A stretch of DNA of 64,000 nucleotides from assembly GCA_047973315.1 (NCBI GenBank), contig JBKEBV010000102.1, positions 1,102 through 65,101 on the forward strand, in the 5' to 3' direction. This document shows positions 9,875 to 20,738 of this stretch, in pieces. Under the pieces are notes generated by a model. The model saw only the letters and a program-made list of their open reading frames with translations, made no database searches and was not told the origin of the DNA. The DNA comes from Propioniciclava sp. (GTDB lineage Bacteria > Actinomycetota > Actinomycetes > Propionibacteriales > Propionibacteriaceae). A program made the translations under genes and the position numbers. Position 1 is the first letter of the stretch; every line of letters begins with the position of its first letter.

Positions 9875-10248
9875 ATGAACACTCACGACACCGACGACTT
9901 CCGCCAGAACTATCTGTCGACCTGGACCGATCCCGACCCCGAGCAGCGACGCCGCCTCATCGAGAACGTGTGGGCTCCCGACGGCACGCTTGTGGTCTCC
10001 TCGCCCGGAATCACCCTCCGCGGCACGGCAGCGATCGCTGCCACATCGCCGGTGTTCACGACGACATGATCGCCGACAAAGGACTCGTCTTCAGCTACGA
10101 CCAGCAGTTCGACGCCGATGACGCGCGCCTCCTGCGCTGGTCGATGACAGCCCCCTCGGGCGCCGTTTTCGGACGCGGCGTCGACGTTGTGTTCCGCAAC
10201 GCCGCCGGCCAGGTGACCACCGCGTACATGTTCATGGGCGTGAACTGA
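9875..10248 (+). pseudogene. NTF2/SnoaL-like protein with a 1-nt deletion frameshift
   Basis: AGGAGA RBS and ATG at 9875. MNTHDTDDFRQNYLSTWTDPDPEQRRRLIENVWAPDGTLVVSSPGITLRGTAAIAA changes frame near 10038 (gct gcc aca where gcc cac is expected) into HIAGVHDDMIADKGLVF...AYMFMGVN. Confidence 0.55.
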
Positions 10249-10344
10249 ACAGCCATACCGGTGCACCTCTCACCGGCGACAGCCTGCTGAGCTGACCCGG
10301 GCAGGCCCCCGCCGTCCGGTGGCTGCTTGTGGAAGGGTGGTGGC

Positions 10345-11127
10345 ATGCCGTTCCTTCCCCGCCTGATCGCCCTCGACGTCGACGGGACCGTCGTCGATGA
10401 ATCGAACGTCGTCCCCAGCGAGGTCCGCGACGCCATCACAGCGGTGCAGGCGAACGGGATCACCGTCGTGCTCGCCACCGGTCGCAGCCTGATGTCGGCC
10501 CTGAGCGTGCTCGACGATCTCGGGCTCCCCGAAGCCGAACATGTGTTCTCCAACGGGGCGGTGACGGCGATCTACCCGCCCGCCCGGGTGGTGGATGTCC
10601 TGACCTTCGACCCCCGGCCGGTGGTCCAGGAGGTGCGCCGGGCCATCCCGGAGGCCCGGTTCGCCGTCGAGGTCGTCGGGCAGGGGTATCACGTCACCGA
10701 GCCCTTTCCCGACGGCGAACTGCACGGGACGATCACCGTGGTGCCCCTGGAGGAGCTGATCGATCGTGACGTCACCCGCGTCGTGGTCCGCGACCCCGGC
10801 GCGACCGTCGAGGAGTTCGACGCCCTCGCCGCCCGGATGGGCATGGAAGGAGTGACCTATCACGTCGGCTACAGCGCCTGGCTCGACCTGGCGCCGCACG
10901 GCGTGGACAAGGCGCACGGGCTGGCCCGGGTGGCAGCCCGCGCAGGCATCTCCGCGGCGGAGGTGTTGACCATCGGCGACGGCCGCAACGACATCAGCAT
11001 GCTCAGCTGGGCCGGACGCGGGGTGGCCATGGGCGGATCGCCCTCGGAGGTGGTGGCGGCGGCCGACGCGGTCACCGGAACCCTCAGCGAGGGCGGCCTC
11101 ATCGACGAACTCAGCCGCTGGATCTGA
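10345..11127 (+). CDS. Cof-type HAD-IIB phosphatase
   Basis: LIALDVDGT (motif I) and GDGRNDISML (motif IV). 260 aa. Confidence 0.85.
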   Translation: MPFLPRLIALDVDGTVVDESNVVPSEVRDAITAVQANGITVVLATGRSLMSALSVLDDLGLPEAEHVFSNGAVTAIYPPARVVDVLTFDPRPVVQEVRRAIPEARFAVEVVGQGYHVTEPFPDGELHGTITVVPLEELIDRDVTRVVVRDPGATVEEFDALAARMGMEGVTYHVGYSAWLDLAPHGVDKAHGLARVAARAGISAAEVLTIGDGRNDISMLSWAGRGVAMGGSPSEVVAAADAVTGTLSEGGLIDELSRWI

Positions 11128-11297
11128 CCGCCGGCCCACCGCGTTCGGCTGACACGCTTCAGCCGTGGCGGCATCACCGGCGATGGATTCCTCACCGGAG
11201 CGTTGCCCACGAGCAGACCAACGGTCCGACGAGAAAGGGGCGTGCCCCGGAGGGTCAGGACCCCTGCCAACGGCCTACAGCACGCCGCACAGCCTGG

Positions 11298-12572
11298 TCA
11301 CGCCCCGGGCGTCAGGAGCTCCCGTCCGCCCAGATAGGGGCGCAGCACCGCGGGAATCCGGACCGATCCATCGGCCTGCTGGTGGTTCTCCAGGAGCAGG
11401 ATGATCATCCGAGTCATGGCGCACAGGGTGCCGTTGAGGGTGGCCAGCGGGCGGGTGCCCTCAGCATCGCGGGTGCGGATGTCGAGACGGCGGGCCTGGA
11501 ACTCGGTGCAGTTCGACGTCGAGGTGATCTCCCGGTACCTGCCCTGGGTGGGAATCCAGCCCTCACAGTCGTACTTGCGCGCCGCGGACAGGCCGAGGTC
11601 ACCAGCGGCGACGTCAATCACCCGGAAGGGGATCTCCAGGCTGGCGAGGAACTCCTTCTCGAATCCGAGCAGTCGGGCGTGCATCTCCTCGGCCTGCTCG
11701 GGCTCGCAGTAGACGAACATCTCAACCTTGTCGAACCAGTGCACCCGGAAGATGCCGCGGGTGTCCTTGCCGTAGCTGCCCGCCTCCCGGCGGAAGCAGG
11801 GGCTGTAGCCGGCGTACATCCGGGGCAGGGTGTCGGCGGGCAGGATCTCGTTGCTGTGGTAGGCCGCCAGCGGCACTTCGGCGGTCCCGACCAGGTAGAG
11901 GTCATCGGCCTCGAGGCGGTAGACGTTCTCGGCCGCCTGGCCGAGGAACCCGGTGCCCTCCATCGCCGACGGATTCACCAGGGCCGGCGGAATCATCGGG
12001 GTGAAGCCCCAGGCGACCGCCTTCGCCATCGCGTACTGGACGAGGGCGAACTCCAGCAGCGCACCCTGCCCGGTGAGGAAGTAGAAACGGCTCCCGGACA
12101 CCTTCGCGCCCCGCTCCATGTCGATCGCGCCGAGCATCTCGCCGAGTTCCAGGTGATCGCGCGGCTCGAAACCCTCAGCGGTGAAGTCGCGGGGGTTGCC
12201 GATCTCCTCCAGCACGACGAAGTCGTCCTCCCCGCCGGACGGCACGCCGTCGATGGTGAGGTTGGCCAGGTCGCGCATGAGCCCGTCGAAGGTCCGCTTC
12301 GCCTCATCAGCCTCGGCATTCATCCGCTTGACATCGGCAGAGAGCTCCTTGGTGCGCGCCAGCAGTTCCTGCTTCTCCTCGCCCGAGGCCCCGGGAATCC
12401 GACCCGAGAGCGCTTTCTGCTCGGCCCGCAGACTTTCGGAGGACGCGATCAGGGCCCGGCGCTGCTCATCGGCAGCCACCAGGAGGTCAACGAGATCAAC
12501 CGACTCTCCGCGGGACTCCTGACTCCGGCGGATGCGGTCAGGGTCGGTACGGAGGATCCTCGGGTCGATCAT
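11298..12572 (-). CDS. serS: Serine--tRNA ligase
   Basis: [18 protein letters not shown]... N-terminal coiled coil and class II core ([26 protein letters not shown]). 424 aa. The 926-aa ORF in the track is an upstream extension. Confidence 0.95.
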   Translation of the reverse strand: MIDPRILRTDPDRIRRSQESRGESVDLVDLLVAADEQRRALIASSESLRAEQKALSGRIPGASGEEKQELLARTKELSADVKRMNAEADEAKRTFDGLMRDLANLTIDGVPSGGEDDFVVLEEIGNPRDFTAEGFEPRDHLELGEMLGAIDMERGAKVSGSRFYFLTGQGALLEFALVQYAMAKAVAWGFTPMIPPALVNPSAMEGTGFLGQAAENVYRLEADDLYLVGTAEVPLAAYHSNEILPADTLPRMYAGYSPCFRREAGSYGKDTRGIFRVHWFDKVEMFVYCEPEQAEEMHARLLGFEKEFLASLEIPFRVIDVAAGDLGLSAARKYDCEGWIPTQGRYREITSTSNCTEFQARRLDIRTRDAEGTRPLATLNGTLCAMTRMIILLLENHQQADGSVRIPAVLRPYLGGRELLTPGA

Positions 12573-12713
12573 GGCCAGGAGTCTACCGAGGCTTCGCCGC
12601 TGACCGCCGCGTCGTGCTGGTCCGGTGCTGAGGTGCGACGCGCCGGACTCGCCACCATCGACCGGCAGGCACATCACCCCCATCAGTACGTCGGATCGCG
12701 GCATCATGGCCCT

Positions 12714-13919
12714 GTGACGAATCAGCCTGAGGCGACCCGCTGCCCGAGGTCGCAGCGGAAGACATCCCGGCCCGGGGAGGCCGACGCCCCGCCGGTCGAG
12801 CTCCGCGGTGGCGTCTGGCAGGTGCGCTCCCTCCCGGTGGCCCGCGCGATTCTCCGGGAGCCGTCGGCGACCCTGCAGGCAGGGTTCAACGCCGACGACG
12901 TGCGCCGCGCCCCGACCAGGCTCCCTCTGCTCTTCTCCGACGGACCCGAACACCGCCAGCAACGGACCAAGGCCGCCCGCTTCTTCGCTCCCAGGACGGT
13001 GACCACGCGCTACCGCGACCTCATGGTGCGCCGGGCCGACGCGTTGGTGGCCGCCATGGTCGGGAACACCGTCGACCTGTCGGAGGCCTCGCTGCGCATG
13101 GCCGTCGACGTCGCCGCCGTCGTTATCGGCCTCACCGACAGCGACCGCGCAGGCATGACCCGCCGCCTGGAGCGCTTCTTCGCCATCGGCCAGGTCGCCC
13201 CGGACGCCCGCCGCCCCCGGATCGCCCGGCTGAGTCAGCTCGTCCTGGCCCAGGGGCGGCTGTGGTCCTTCCACCTGCGTGACGTGCGGCCCGCCGTCCG
13301 GGCGCGACGTCGCGCACCCCGAGACGATGTCATCTCGCATCTGATCGCCGAGGGCTGCAGCGATGTCGACATCCTGATCGAGGTGATCACCTATGCGGCC
13401 GCGGGCATGGCGACCACCCGGGAGTTCATCTCGATGGCCGCCTGGCACCTTCTGGAGGACCCCTCCCGGCGCCGGGATTTCCTCGACGCCGATGAGCCTG
13501 GCCAACTCCGGCTGCTGGCCGAGATCCTCCGGTTGGAACCCGTCGTCGGGCACCTCTACCGGCGGACCGTCAGCGAGATCACTGTTTCCGGGCCCGACGG
13601 CGAGGAGCTCCGCTTCCCCGCTGGCGCGATCCTCGACCTCTTTGTCCGGTCGGCCAACGCCGACGTCGGCGCCGACGGCCTGTGCCTGCGTCCGGGCCGC
13701 GAGCTCCCGGCAGGGGTCGGTGCGGAGGTCCTCAGCTTCGGCGACGGCGCCCACAAGTGCCCGGGCAACGCGCTGGCGATGTACGAGACCGCGATCCTGC
13801 TGCGCCGCCTGCTCTCCCAGGAGGTGACCCTGGTCAGCGAACCGGTCATCCGGTGGGACGATCTCATCGCCGGTTACGAGGTCCGCGACATGATGCTGCT
13901 GGTCGCCCCGCCCCGGTGA
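12714..13919 (+). CDS. Cytochrome P450
   Basis: Heme-Cys loop [15 protein letters not shown]-helix AAGMATTRE and an ExxR-like LRLEPV. The start (GTG at 12714) is the first in-frame start after the serS 5' end and is uncertain. Confidence 0.85.
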   Translation: MTNQPEATRCPRSQRKTSRPGEADAPPVELRGGVWQVRSLPVARAILREPSATLQAGFNADDVRRAPTRLPLLFSDGPEHRQQRTKAARFFAPRTVTTRYRDLMVRRADALVAAMVGNTVDLSEASLRMAVDVAAVVIGLTDSDRAGMTRRLERFFAIGQVAPDARRPRIARLSQLVLAQGRLWSFHLRDVRPAVRARRRAPRDDVISHLIAEGCSDVDILIEVITYAAAGMATTREFISMAAWHLLEDPSRRRDFLDADEPGQLRLLAEILRLEPVVGHLYRRTVSEITVSGPDGEELRFPAGAILDLFVRSANADVGADGLCLRPGRELPAGVGAEVLSFGDGAHKCPGNALAMYETAILLRRLLSQEVTLVSEPVIRWDDLIAGYEVRDMMLLVAPPR

Positions 13920-14087
13920 ACGCCGTCGCGGCGACGCCCTGAGCTGCGACTCCCGCGGAACTGCGCCAGCGCCCTTACGTCCAGCTGAACCGGAGAAGAT
14001 CAGCCAGGTCACTCGCCCGGCGCACCCGGCGCGGCCCCAGCGATCAGCGCATGGAGCCGGGCGAGGCTTCCCTGACACACTGGGCGC

Positions 14088-15641
14088 ATGCGACGTTTCA
14101 GCCTGGCCCCCACCGCGCTGGTCGGGGCGTCGGTGCTGTTCGCCGGATGGACCTGGCTGACCTTCGCCACCAACGCCTTCAGCCGGCTCGACGACCGATC
14201 ACTCGAACCCGGCGTGACAGCCTTGTCGCCGGCCGGGCAGATCCTGTCCGGGCTGGCCCTGGTCTCCTCGCCGGTGATGCTGTTCCTCGGCCTCGCCGTC
14301 GCCCTGGGATGGGCGGTACGCCACCGGCTGAACCACCTCGCCTGGGCGATGGGCCTCGCGATCCCGCTGGTGTGGGGTGGCTCCCACCTGGCAAAGCTCC
14401 TCTTCGGTCGGATGCGCCCGCCGACCGCGCTCCCCCTCATCACCGCCGAGGGCTACGGCTACCCGTCCGGCCACATGATGGCGATCACCGCCGTCGCCAC
14501 GCTGGTGATCTCGGGTTTCGTCCACACCCGGCAGCGGCGGGCCACCGTGGCGCTGGTCACCGTCGCCGCACTGGCAGCCTGGGCGCTGGTCTTCTACGAT
14601 CGTTGGGCGCTGCGCGCGCACTGGTTCAGCGACCTGGTCGGCGGCAGCCTGCTCGGGCTGGCCCTGGCCGCGCTGTGCCTGACCATGGCCGGTGTCCGGG
14701 TGGCCCCCCTGCCCGATGCCCGGATCACCGCCCGCGAGGACGGGACCGCACTGCGGGCCGCCATCATCGTCAATCCGACCAAGATCCCTGACCCCGGAGT
14801 GTTCCGCCGCCACGTCGAGGCCGAGTGCCGCGTGCGTGGCTGGGCGCCGCCGCTGTGGCTGGAGACCGAGGTCGACGATGCCGGACGGGCGGCCTCGCGG
14901 CGGGCCCGACGCCGCCGCGTCGACCTGGTGGTGACCGCTGGCGGCGACGGAACGGTCCGGACCGTCCTGGGCTCGATGGCGGGCACCGACATCCCGATCG
15001 CCGTGCTGCCGTTGGGCACGGCCAACCTGCTGGCCCGCAACCTGGGCATCCCGCTCGACCTGTCCGACGCGCTTGATGTCGCCCTCGACGGGGATCCCCG
15101 ACCCATCGACCTGGTCCAGGTGCGCGCCGACGCCGAGGATCCCGAGCCGTCGGCGGTGATGGCCGGGATGGGAGCCGACGCCGCCCTGATGCAGGGCACC
15201 AGCGAAGACCTGAAACGCATGATGGGTGCGGCCGCCTACGTGGTGGCGGTGCCGTCGGGGATCAACCACAAGCCGTTCGGATCGACGATCTCCTTCGACA
15301 GTGGCGAACCGATCCAGCGGACCCCACGGCTGGTGCTGGTCTCCAATGTGGGCCGGATCTCCCAACTCGTCCTCAGCCCAGATGCGCGCCCCGATGACGG
15401 GCTGATGGATATTGCGGTGGCCTCCCCCAAACGGCGCGGCGACTGGGCCCTGATCACCACCAGCGTGCTGACCCGCGCCGCCGACAACCCTTCGGTGGAG
15501 CGCGCGCAGGTCAAGAGAGTCCTCATCGAGACCGACGAGCCGATCCCCTACCAGATCGACGGCGACGCGATCGGTAGCTGCCGCCGCTTCGAGGCGGCCC
15601 TGTTGCCCCGGGCCGTCCGGATCATGGTCCCCTCCACCTGA
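14088..15641 (+). CDS. PAP2 phosphatase / diacylglycerol-kinase-like (LCB5/DAGK catalytic domain) fusion protein
   Basis: N-terminal PAP2 motifs [13 protein letters not shown] and HWFSDLVGG in a polytopic region. C-terminal AAIIVNP...[10 protein letters not shown]...[14 protein letters not shown] kinase domain. Confidence 0.8.
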   Translation: MRRFSLAPTALVGASVLFAGWTWLTFATNAFSRLDDRSLEPGVTALSPAGQILSGLALVSSPVMLFLGLAVALGWAVRHRLNHLAWAMGLAIPLVWGGSHLAKLLFGRMRPPTALPLITAEGYGYPSGHMMAITAVATLVISGFVHTRQRRATVALVTVAALAAWALVFYDRWALRAHWFSDLVGGSLLGLALAALCLTMAGVRVAPLPDARITAREDGTALRAAIIVNPTKIPDPGVFRRHVEAECRVRGWAPPLWLETEVDDAGRAASRRARRRRVDLVVTAGGDGTVRTVLGSMAGTDIPIAVLPLGTANLLARNLGIPLDLSDALDVALDGDPRPIDLVQVRADAEDPEPSAVMAGMGADAALMQGTSEDLKRMMGAAAYVVAVPSGINHKPFGSTISFDSGEPIQRTPRLVLVSNVGRISQLVLSPDARPDDGLMDIAVASPKRRGDWALITTSVLTRAADNPSVERAQVKRVLIETDEPIPYQIDGDAIGSCRRFEAALLPRAVRIMVPST

Positions 15642-15649
15642 ACGCCCCA

Positions 15650-17503
15650 CCACTCCTGTCCCGAAGACACTGGCGACGCCAGGCGATCCAGCCGCCGCCA
15701 CGCGGCGACTCGCTGCGCCGGGTTGAAGCCGTGGCAGGCGCCTACGAATCGCCGTGGCAGGCGTTCATGGAGCACGCCCCGGACGGGCCCTCGGGCGTGG
15801 GGCGGCAGATCGAGGGCAGCCCGGGCGATCCGATGCTCTGGTTGACGAAGTCACCGCACGGGTAACGCTCGTCCTCGGCGTGCCGGGTGACCCACAGGTG
15901 ATGGCGGGCGAACGCCGCCCGCCGGCTGATGGAGGAGTCATCGGCACCGGCCGGCGTGGGGAGACCCTCGGGATAAGACTGTAGGCAACCGGTTCGCCTA
16001 CGTGGTTCAGCTGGTGGGGATTGACAATCTCCCAGACCCGGCCCACCGCCCCCTCAGCCCGACGGACCGCCTCGGACTCCCTGGTGAACACCGTGCGCGA
16101 GCGGGTGAACGCATTGCCGTGCGGATTCGTCGCACTCGTCGGCAGCCGCTGCAGGTCGAGTTCGTGGACCGCATTGGTGTCGCCGTCCACCGCCATGTCC
16201 AGGCGGGCGCAGAAGAGGTGCTGGTGGTAGGGAGCTGCCAGCCCCGAGGCGATCTGCGCGGCGTAGGGGTACCCGGCGCCCGGGTGACGGGCGGTGAAGA
16301 CGATGCCGGTGGCCTTGGCCTCGAACTCGATCGTGCCGTCGAGGTACAGGTGCCAGTAGAAGCCGTAGTCGTAGTTGCCCACCGTGGTGAAGAAGCTGAT
16401 GACCAGCCGCCGTTGGCGCCGGGTCGAGGTTGTGCGAGGCCCAGTCGTCGGTGTGCTTCCACAGCAGGCCGAAGTCCTCCTCGTGGATGCAGATCGCCTG
16501 GTCGATCACGCGCGGATTGCCGAAGTCGTCGGCGACCACGGGCGAGAGGTAGACGATCTCGCCGAGGCAGTCGCAGCCGCGCTCCAGTGAGTTCGCGTCC
16601 CGGCCCACTAGGTACTCCCCGGTGTCGAAGTAGTTCTGCTACGAACGATAGGGCGCGGGGTCACCGTAGGGCACCACCATCTCCGCGATGGAGGCCCGGT
16701 CGATGACGGGCCGTCGCACGCCCCGGTCCTCGAAGCCGGATGCGGTGCAGGACGAGGCCCTCGCGGGCATCGAACCCGAGGTGCACGTCCCACTTCCACC
16801 AGTGGAGCGCGTTGCCGTCGAGATGGAAGCTGGGTCCCTCCGGTTGGGTGATGTGCAGCGGTTTGAGATCGTTCCGCACGGGTCCGGTGAGGGCGGGATC
16901 CTCAAAGTTCCCGCTGGTGAGCGGGTCCTCGGCGGGCCCGTCCTCGATGATGCGCACGACCCGCCGGTCGATCATGTCGACGAAGGCCACCAGTTGGTCG
17001 ACCGGGTTGCCCCAGGCGTACTGATCGGCCTCGGTCTGTACGAAGGCGAGCCCGCGGAGCAGGCGGCGCCCGCCCTCGCCGGGGTAGTCGAACACCCCGG
17101 CCGACAGCGGCGCCACCCGAACCTGGCCCGGTGCGAGCCCACGAGTCGTCAGCGCCTCGCACCATCCGTCGTCAGTGGCGAGGATCTCCTCCAGCAGATC
17201 GAACTCCTCCAGCAGTACCGGCTCGGCGACCACGACGGCGCCCGCGGTGAGGTCGAGCACCACGTCGAGCGTCTCACCCGTCGCGGTGTCCAGCAGGATG
17301 CCGCGCGCCTAGCGTGCCGGTGCGGGCCCCTCACCGGCGAGGGCAGCGCGGACGGCATGCTTGGCGGGCTCCTTGAGGCCCAGGTAGGCGACGCGCCCAC
17401 CGTCACCCAGCAGGCCATGGTCGCCGAGCAGGTCACGCGCCACGCGGATCTCGTCGGCGCTCAGCGCATCGAGCGGATGCGGGGCACTGGAGGTCAGCGT
17501 CAT
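15650..17503 (-). pseudogene. Copper (TPQ) amine oxidase, heavily disrupted
   Basis: Recognisable blocks lie in several frames. They include [107 protein letters not shown] and [37 protein letters not shown]. Further blocks are APYHQHLF and [35 protein letters not shown]. In-frame TAG codons occur at 17309-17311 and 16639-16641, with at least three frameshifts and a C-terminal deletion. The 3' boundary is approximate. Confidence 0.85.
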
Positions 17504-17659
17504 CGGGTCTCCTCTGTTCGCACTGGTCTCAACCATGCTGGATCCAGGTGGTCTTCCAGTCGGTGTAGGTGTCCAGCCATCGACCATCGCCAGGTAATTT
17601 CCGGTATTGATCTGCGCGGAGACGGTCCGAACCCTGGCCCTCACCATCCGCTTGTACAT
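17504..17659 (-). pseudogene. Possible N-terminal remnant of an NTF2/SnoaL-like gene, fused in frame to the amine oxidase start
   Basis: GGGAGG RBS plus ATG at 17659. MYKRMVRARVRTVSAQINTGNYLAMVDGW resembles SnoaL-like N-termini, but the rest of the domain is absent. Confidence 0.3.
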
Positions 17660-17849
17660 GCCAACCTCCCGGCTCCACCACCGTGATCCACGTTACCGGC
17701 AGCACCCGGCCGAGACATCAATGCCGTCGCCGCGGTGCAGACGCCGGCCCCGTCCCGCACGGGAGTTCACCAGGCGCACCGCCACGTCGACGTCAGTGCA
17801 CCACCGGCGGATCGCGCCAGGTGGGCTGGTGCGGGTGGGAGTGCGGTAC

Positions 17850-17875
17850 AGGGGCCGCCCCATAAGGCGACCCCT
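17850..17875 (-). terminator. Hairpin downstream of katA
   Basis: AGGGGCCGCC-cataa-GGCGACCCCT (one mismatch), about 50 nt after the catalase stop. Confidence 0.4.
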
Positions 17876-17922
17876 GCCGTGGTTCCGGTCGGCGCTCCTC
17901 GCGCCGCTCTGGTCAGGCCACC

Positions 17923-19422
17923 TCAGGCATCGCCACGACCGTCGACGGCGGCCGGTGTCGCGCGATGACTGCTGCGCAGGATCTCACCGAGACCGGCATC
18001 GACCTGGGTCCAGTACCCGAAGAAGCGCTCGCGGATCTCGTCGATCGTGATCGCGCTTGCCTGGCCGGCGAGCGTCTCGTGGAAGCGGGCCCGCTCCTCG
18101 TCGCTGAACACCTCGCGGTAGAGGATCCCCGCCTGCACGAAGTCGCCGTCATCGTCGCGGAGCGTGGCGGCGGCGCGCGTCAGCTCACCGTCGTCCTCCC
18201 AACTCGCCTCCACCGCGCCTGCGGGATCGACGGCAGGCCCACCGGCAGCACCATAGGAGTGGGGGTGGTAGACCCGCTGCTCCGCGGGCGGAAAGTGGTA
18301 CTGCATGTTGCCCTGGTGCATGTAGTGGTGCGCTTCGGTCGCGTGCGGCTGGTTCACCGGCAGCTGGTTGTAATTGCTGCCGACGCGGTAGCGCTGCGCA
18401 TCGGGATAGGAGAACACCCGGGCCATCAACATCTTGTCCGGCGAGATACCTGTGCCGGGCACCTGATTGCCGGGCGAGAACGCGGCCTGCTCGATCTCGG
18501 CGAAGAAGTTCTGCGGGTTCCGGTTCAGCGTGAGGGTGCCGACCTTGATGCGCGGATAGTCAGCCTTCGGCCAGGTCTTGGTGAGGTCGAAGGGATTGAA
18601 TCGATAGGTCTTGGCCTCCTCATAGGGCATCACCTGCACGAACAGATCCCAGGCGGGATAGTCGCCCTCGGCGATGGCGGTGAACAGATCGCGACGGTAG
18701 TAGTCGGCATCCTCGCCCGCGAGCCGCTCAGCATCCTCGGCGCGCATGGGCTCCACCCCCTGGTGGGAGAGGAAGTGGTACTTCACCCAGAAACGCTCGC
18801 CGGCGGCGTTGATCCACTGGTAGGTGTGCGAACCGTAGCCGTTCATGTGCCGCCAGCTGCGGGACAGGCCGCGGTCACCCATCAGATAGGTCACCTGGTG
18901 GGCAGACTCGGGCGACAGGGTCCAGAAGTCCCACTGCATGTCGGGGTCGCGCAGCCCGGAGTCGCCCAGACGCTTCTGCGAGTGGATGAAGTCGGGGAAC
19001 TTGATCGCGTCGCGGATGAAGAAGGTCGGGGTGTTGTTGCCGACGATGTCGAGGTTTCCTTGGGTGGTGTAGAAGCGCAGCGAGAAGCCACGGACGTCGC
19101 GCCAGGTGTCGGGGGATCCCTGCTCACCGGCCACCGAGGAGAATCGGAGCAGTGTCTCGCTGGTGGCGCCCGGCTGGAACACTGCCGCGCTGGTGTACTG
19201 CGAGACGTCCTCGGTGGCGACGAACTCGCCGAACCCACCACTGCCCTTGGCGTGCGGGTTGCGTTCGGGCACCCGCTCGCGGTTGAACTGGGCGAGCTTC
19301 TCGACCAGGTACCGGTCGTGCAGCACCGTCGTGCCGTTGGCCCCCACGGTCAGCGAGTGCTCGTCGCTGGCGACGGGAGTCCCGGTCTGGGTGGTGGTTG
19401 GTTTCTGCTTCTGCTCTGACAT
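17923..19422 (-). CDS. katA: Monofunctional heme catalase
   Basis: [20 protein letters not shown] (distal His region) and [17 protein letters not shown] (proximal Tyr). 499 aa. Confidence 0.95.
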   Translation of the reverse strand: MSEQKQKPTTTQTGTPVASDEHSLTVGANGTTVLHDRYLVEKLAQFNRERVPERNPHAKGSGGFGEFVATEDVSQYTSAAVFQPGATSETLLRFSSVAGEQGSPDTWRDVRGFSLRFYTTQGNLDIVGNNTPTFFIRDAIKFPDFIHSQKRLGDSGLRDPDMQWDFWTLSPESAHQVTYLMGDRGLSRSWRHMNGYGSHTYQWINAAGERFWVKYHFLSHQGVEPMRAEDAERLAGEDADYYRRDLFTAIAEGDYPAWDLFVQVMPYEEAKTYRFNPFDLTKTWPKADYPRIKVGTLTLNRNPQNFFAEIEQAAFSPGNQVPGTGISPDKMLMARVFSYPDAQRYRVGSNYNQLPVNQPHATEAHHYMHQGNMQYHFPPAEQRVYHPHSYGAAGGPAVDPAGAVEASWEDDGELTRAAATLRDDDGDFVQAGILYREVFSDEERARFHETLAGQASAITIDEIRERFFGYWTQVDAGLGEILRSSHRATPAAVDGRGDA

Positions 19423-19508
19423 GCGTTCCTTTCTCGGTAGGTACAGTCATGACGGATTCGCCGCCATGACGTCAGCGTTCGGCCTGCGGGGCCCGGCTCA
19501 GGCGGGGG

Positions 19509-19937
19509 TCAGGTCCCGCAGTCCGGGCACAGGCCGGTGAAGGTGATATCGGCCGACAGGATCTCGAAACCGTGACCCTCGCTCGGCGCGAGGCAGGGCG
19601 CCGCGCCCTGTACACAGGGAACGTCCTCGATCCGGCCGCAGTTCACACACAGCAGGTGATGGTGATTGTCCCCGACGCGGGCCTCGTAGAGTGCCGCGTT
19701 GCCCGACAGCTCGATCTTGCGGACGATCCCCGCCTCGGTGAAAGCGGCCAGCACGTTGTAGATGGCCTGCAGCGATGTGCCCGGGAGGTCTCTGGCGACG
19801 AGAGCGAAGATCTCGGCGGCGCTGCGATGGCCACCGCGGTTGAGCGCCTCGAGTGTCGCCCGGCGGGGAGCGGTTGACCGCAGTCCGCGTTCACCCAGCC
19901 TGACGGCATCCCCCGTGCCGCCCGACCGTGTTTCCAT
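19509..19937 (-). CDS. Fur-family transcriptional regulator (FurA/CatR/PerR-like, upstream of the catalase)
   Basis: Winged-HTH region, HHHLLCVNCGRIEDV and a C-terminal CPDC. The fur-kat gene order is classical in actinobacteria. Confidence 0.85.
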   Translation of the reverse strand: METRSGGTGDAVRLGERGLRSTAPRRATLEALNRGGHRSAAEIFALVARDLPGTSLQAIYNVLAAFTEAGIVRKIELSGNAALYEARVGDNHHHLLCVNCGRIEDVPCVQGAAPCLAPSEGHGFEILSADITFTGLCPDCGT

Positions 19938-19944
19938 GCCACCG

Positions 19945-19977
19945 ATGTTACGGCTTATTTTGAGTAATTCAAATTTT
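19945..19977 (-). promoter_or_regulatory. Candidate promoter and Fur-family operator for the fur-katA unit
   Basis: On the minus strand: TTGAAT (19972-19967), a 16-nt spacer, then TAACAT (19950-19945), with the ATG 7 nt further on (near-leaderless). The AT-rich dyad TTTGA-gtaat-TCAAA (19959-19973) overlaps the -35. Confidence 0.4.
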
Positions 19978-20110
19978 GGCCTCGTGCTCGGCGATTTCGG
20001 CGCCCGCCAGGGCCCTCGTGGCGCTCATCCTGTCGCGGTGAGCGCGGCGGCCGCGCACGCGACCAGCCCGCCCTGAGGTCCAAGCGTTGGCGTCAGGCCA
20101 GCCCTCGACC

Positions 20111-20141
20111 ACAACCGGAGGCGCTACTCCGGTTGTAGGAT
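20111..20141 (+). promoter_or_regulatory. Candidate TetR operator overlapping the promoter of a leaderless tetR mRNA
   Basis: Perfect 10-bp inverted repeat ACAACCGGAG-gcgcta-CTCCGGTTGT (20111-20136), immediately followed by TAGGAT (20136-20141). The ATG at 20148 is 6 nt downstream. Confidence 0.4.
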
Positions 20142-20147
20142 GTCGGC

Positions 20148-20738
20148 ATGAGTGCACGTCCTCTGCGCGCTGACGCCGAGCGGAACCGGCAGCGGATCCT
20201 TGCCGTTGCCCGCGACGCCTACGCGGCGGGCGGAGTCGAGGTCTCCCTGGACGAGATCGCCCGCCTCGCCGGTCTCGGGGTGGGCACCGTGTACCGGCGG
20301 TTCCCGACCAAGGACGCACTGCTGGACGCGCTGTTCGAGGAGCAGATGACGGCTTACGCCGAGCACACCGAGGCAGCCCGGGACCTCGCCGAGACCGACC
20401 CGTGGCGCGCCTTTCGCGAGCACGTCCTCTTCATCGGCAGCGCTCAGGCCTGCGATCTCGGGTTCAGCGACATTCTTCGGGACCCGGCTCGGGGCTCGGC
20501 GGAATTCCAAGCCCTTCACCGGCGGGCGCTGCGCGCCTCGATGGCACTGGTACGGACGGCCAAGGCCGCCGGGGCCCTGCGCGCCGACTTCCGTCACAGC
20601 GACCTGCTCCTGCTCACCAACGCCAACTTCGGCGTCGTCAGCGCCCAGCCCGGCACCGCCACAGCGGCGTCCCGTCGCCTGGTTGACCTGATGCTGGACG
20701 CCTTCGCTGCACCGCCGCACCGACACCCGCGACACTGA
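20148..20738 (+). CDS. TetR/AcrR family transcriptional regulator
   Basis: HTH LDEIARLAGLGVGTVYRRFPTKDALL. 196 aa. Confidence 0.85.
   Translation: MSARPLRADAERNRQRILAVARDAYAAGGVEVSLDEIARLAGLGVGTVYRRFPTKDALLDALFEEQMTAYAEHTEAARDLAETDPWRAFREHVLFIGSAQACDLGFSDILRDPARGSAEFQALHRRALRASMALVRTAKAAGALRADFRHSDLLLLTNANFGVVSAQPGTATAASRRLVDLMLDAFAAPPHRHPRH

Noticed and set aside
12573-14078. 5' extension of the serS ORF (926 aa in the track), and the matching 11382..12713 part of the 845-aa plus-strand ORF
   Set aside because: SerS begins at the conserved MIDPRIL (12572) and the P450 occupies the plus strand from about 12714. The extensions are antisense read-through of each other's coding regions.
14199-15701. 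500-aa minus-strand ORF opposite the PAP2/DAGK gene; similar cases are 17965..19419 opposite katA, 21696..23027 and 22795..24126 around the acyltransferase/methyltransferase, and 50027..51436 opposite the SLH protein
   Set aside because: All are antisense to genes with clear motifs and show Arg/Gly/Pro/His-rich mirror-ORF composition.
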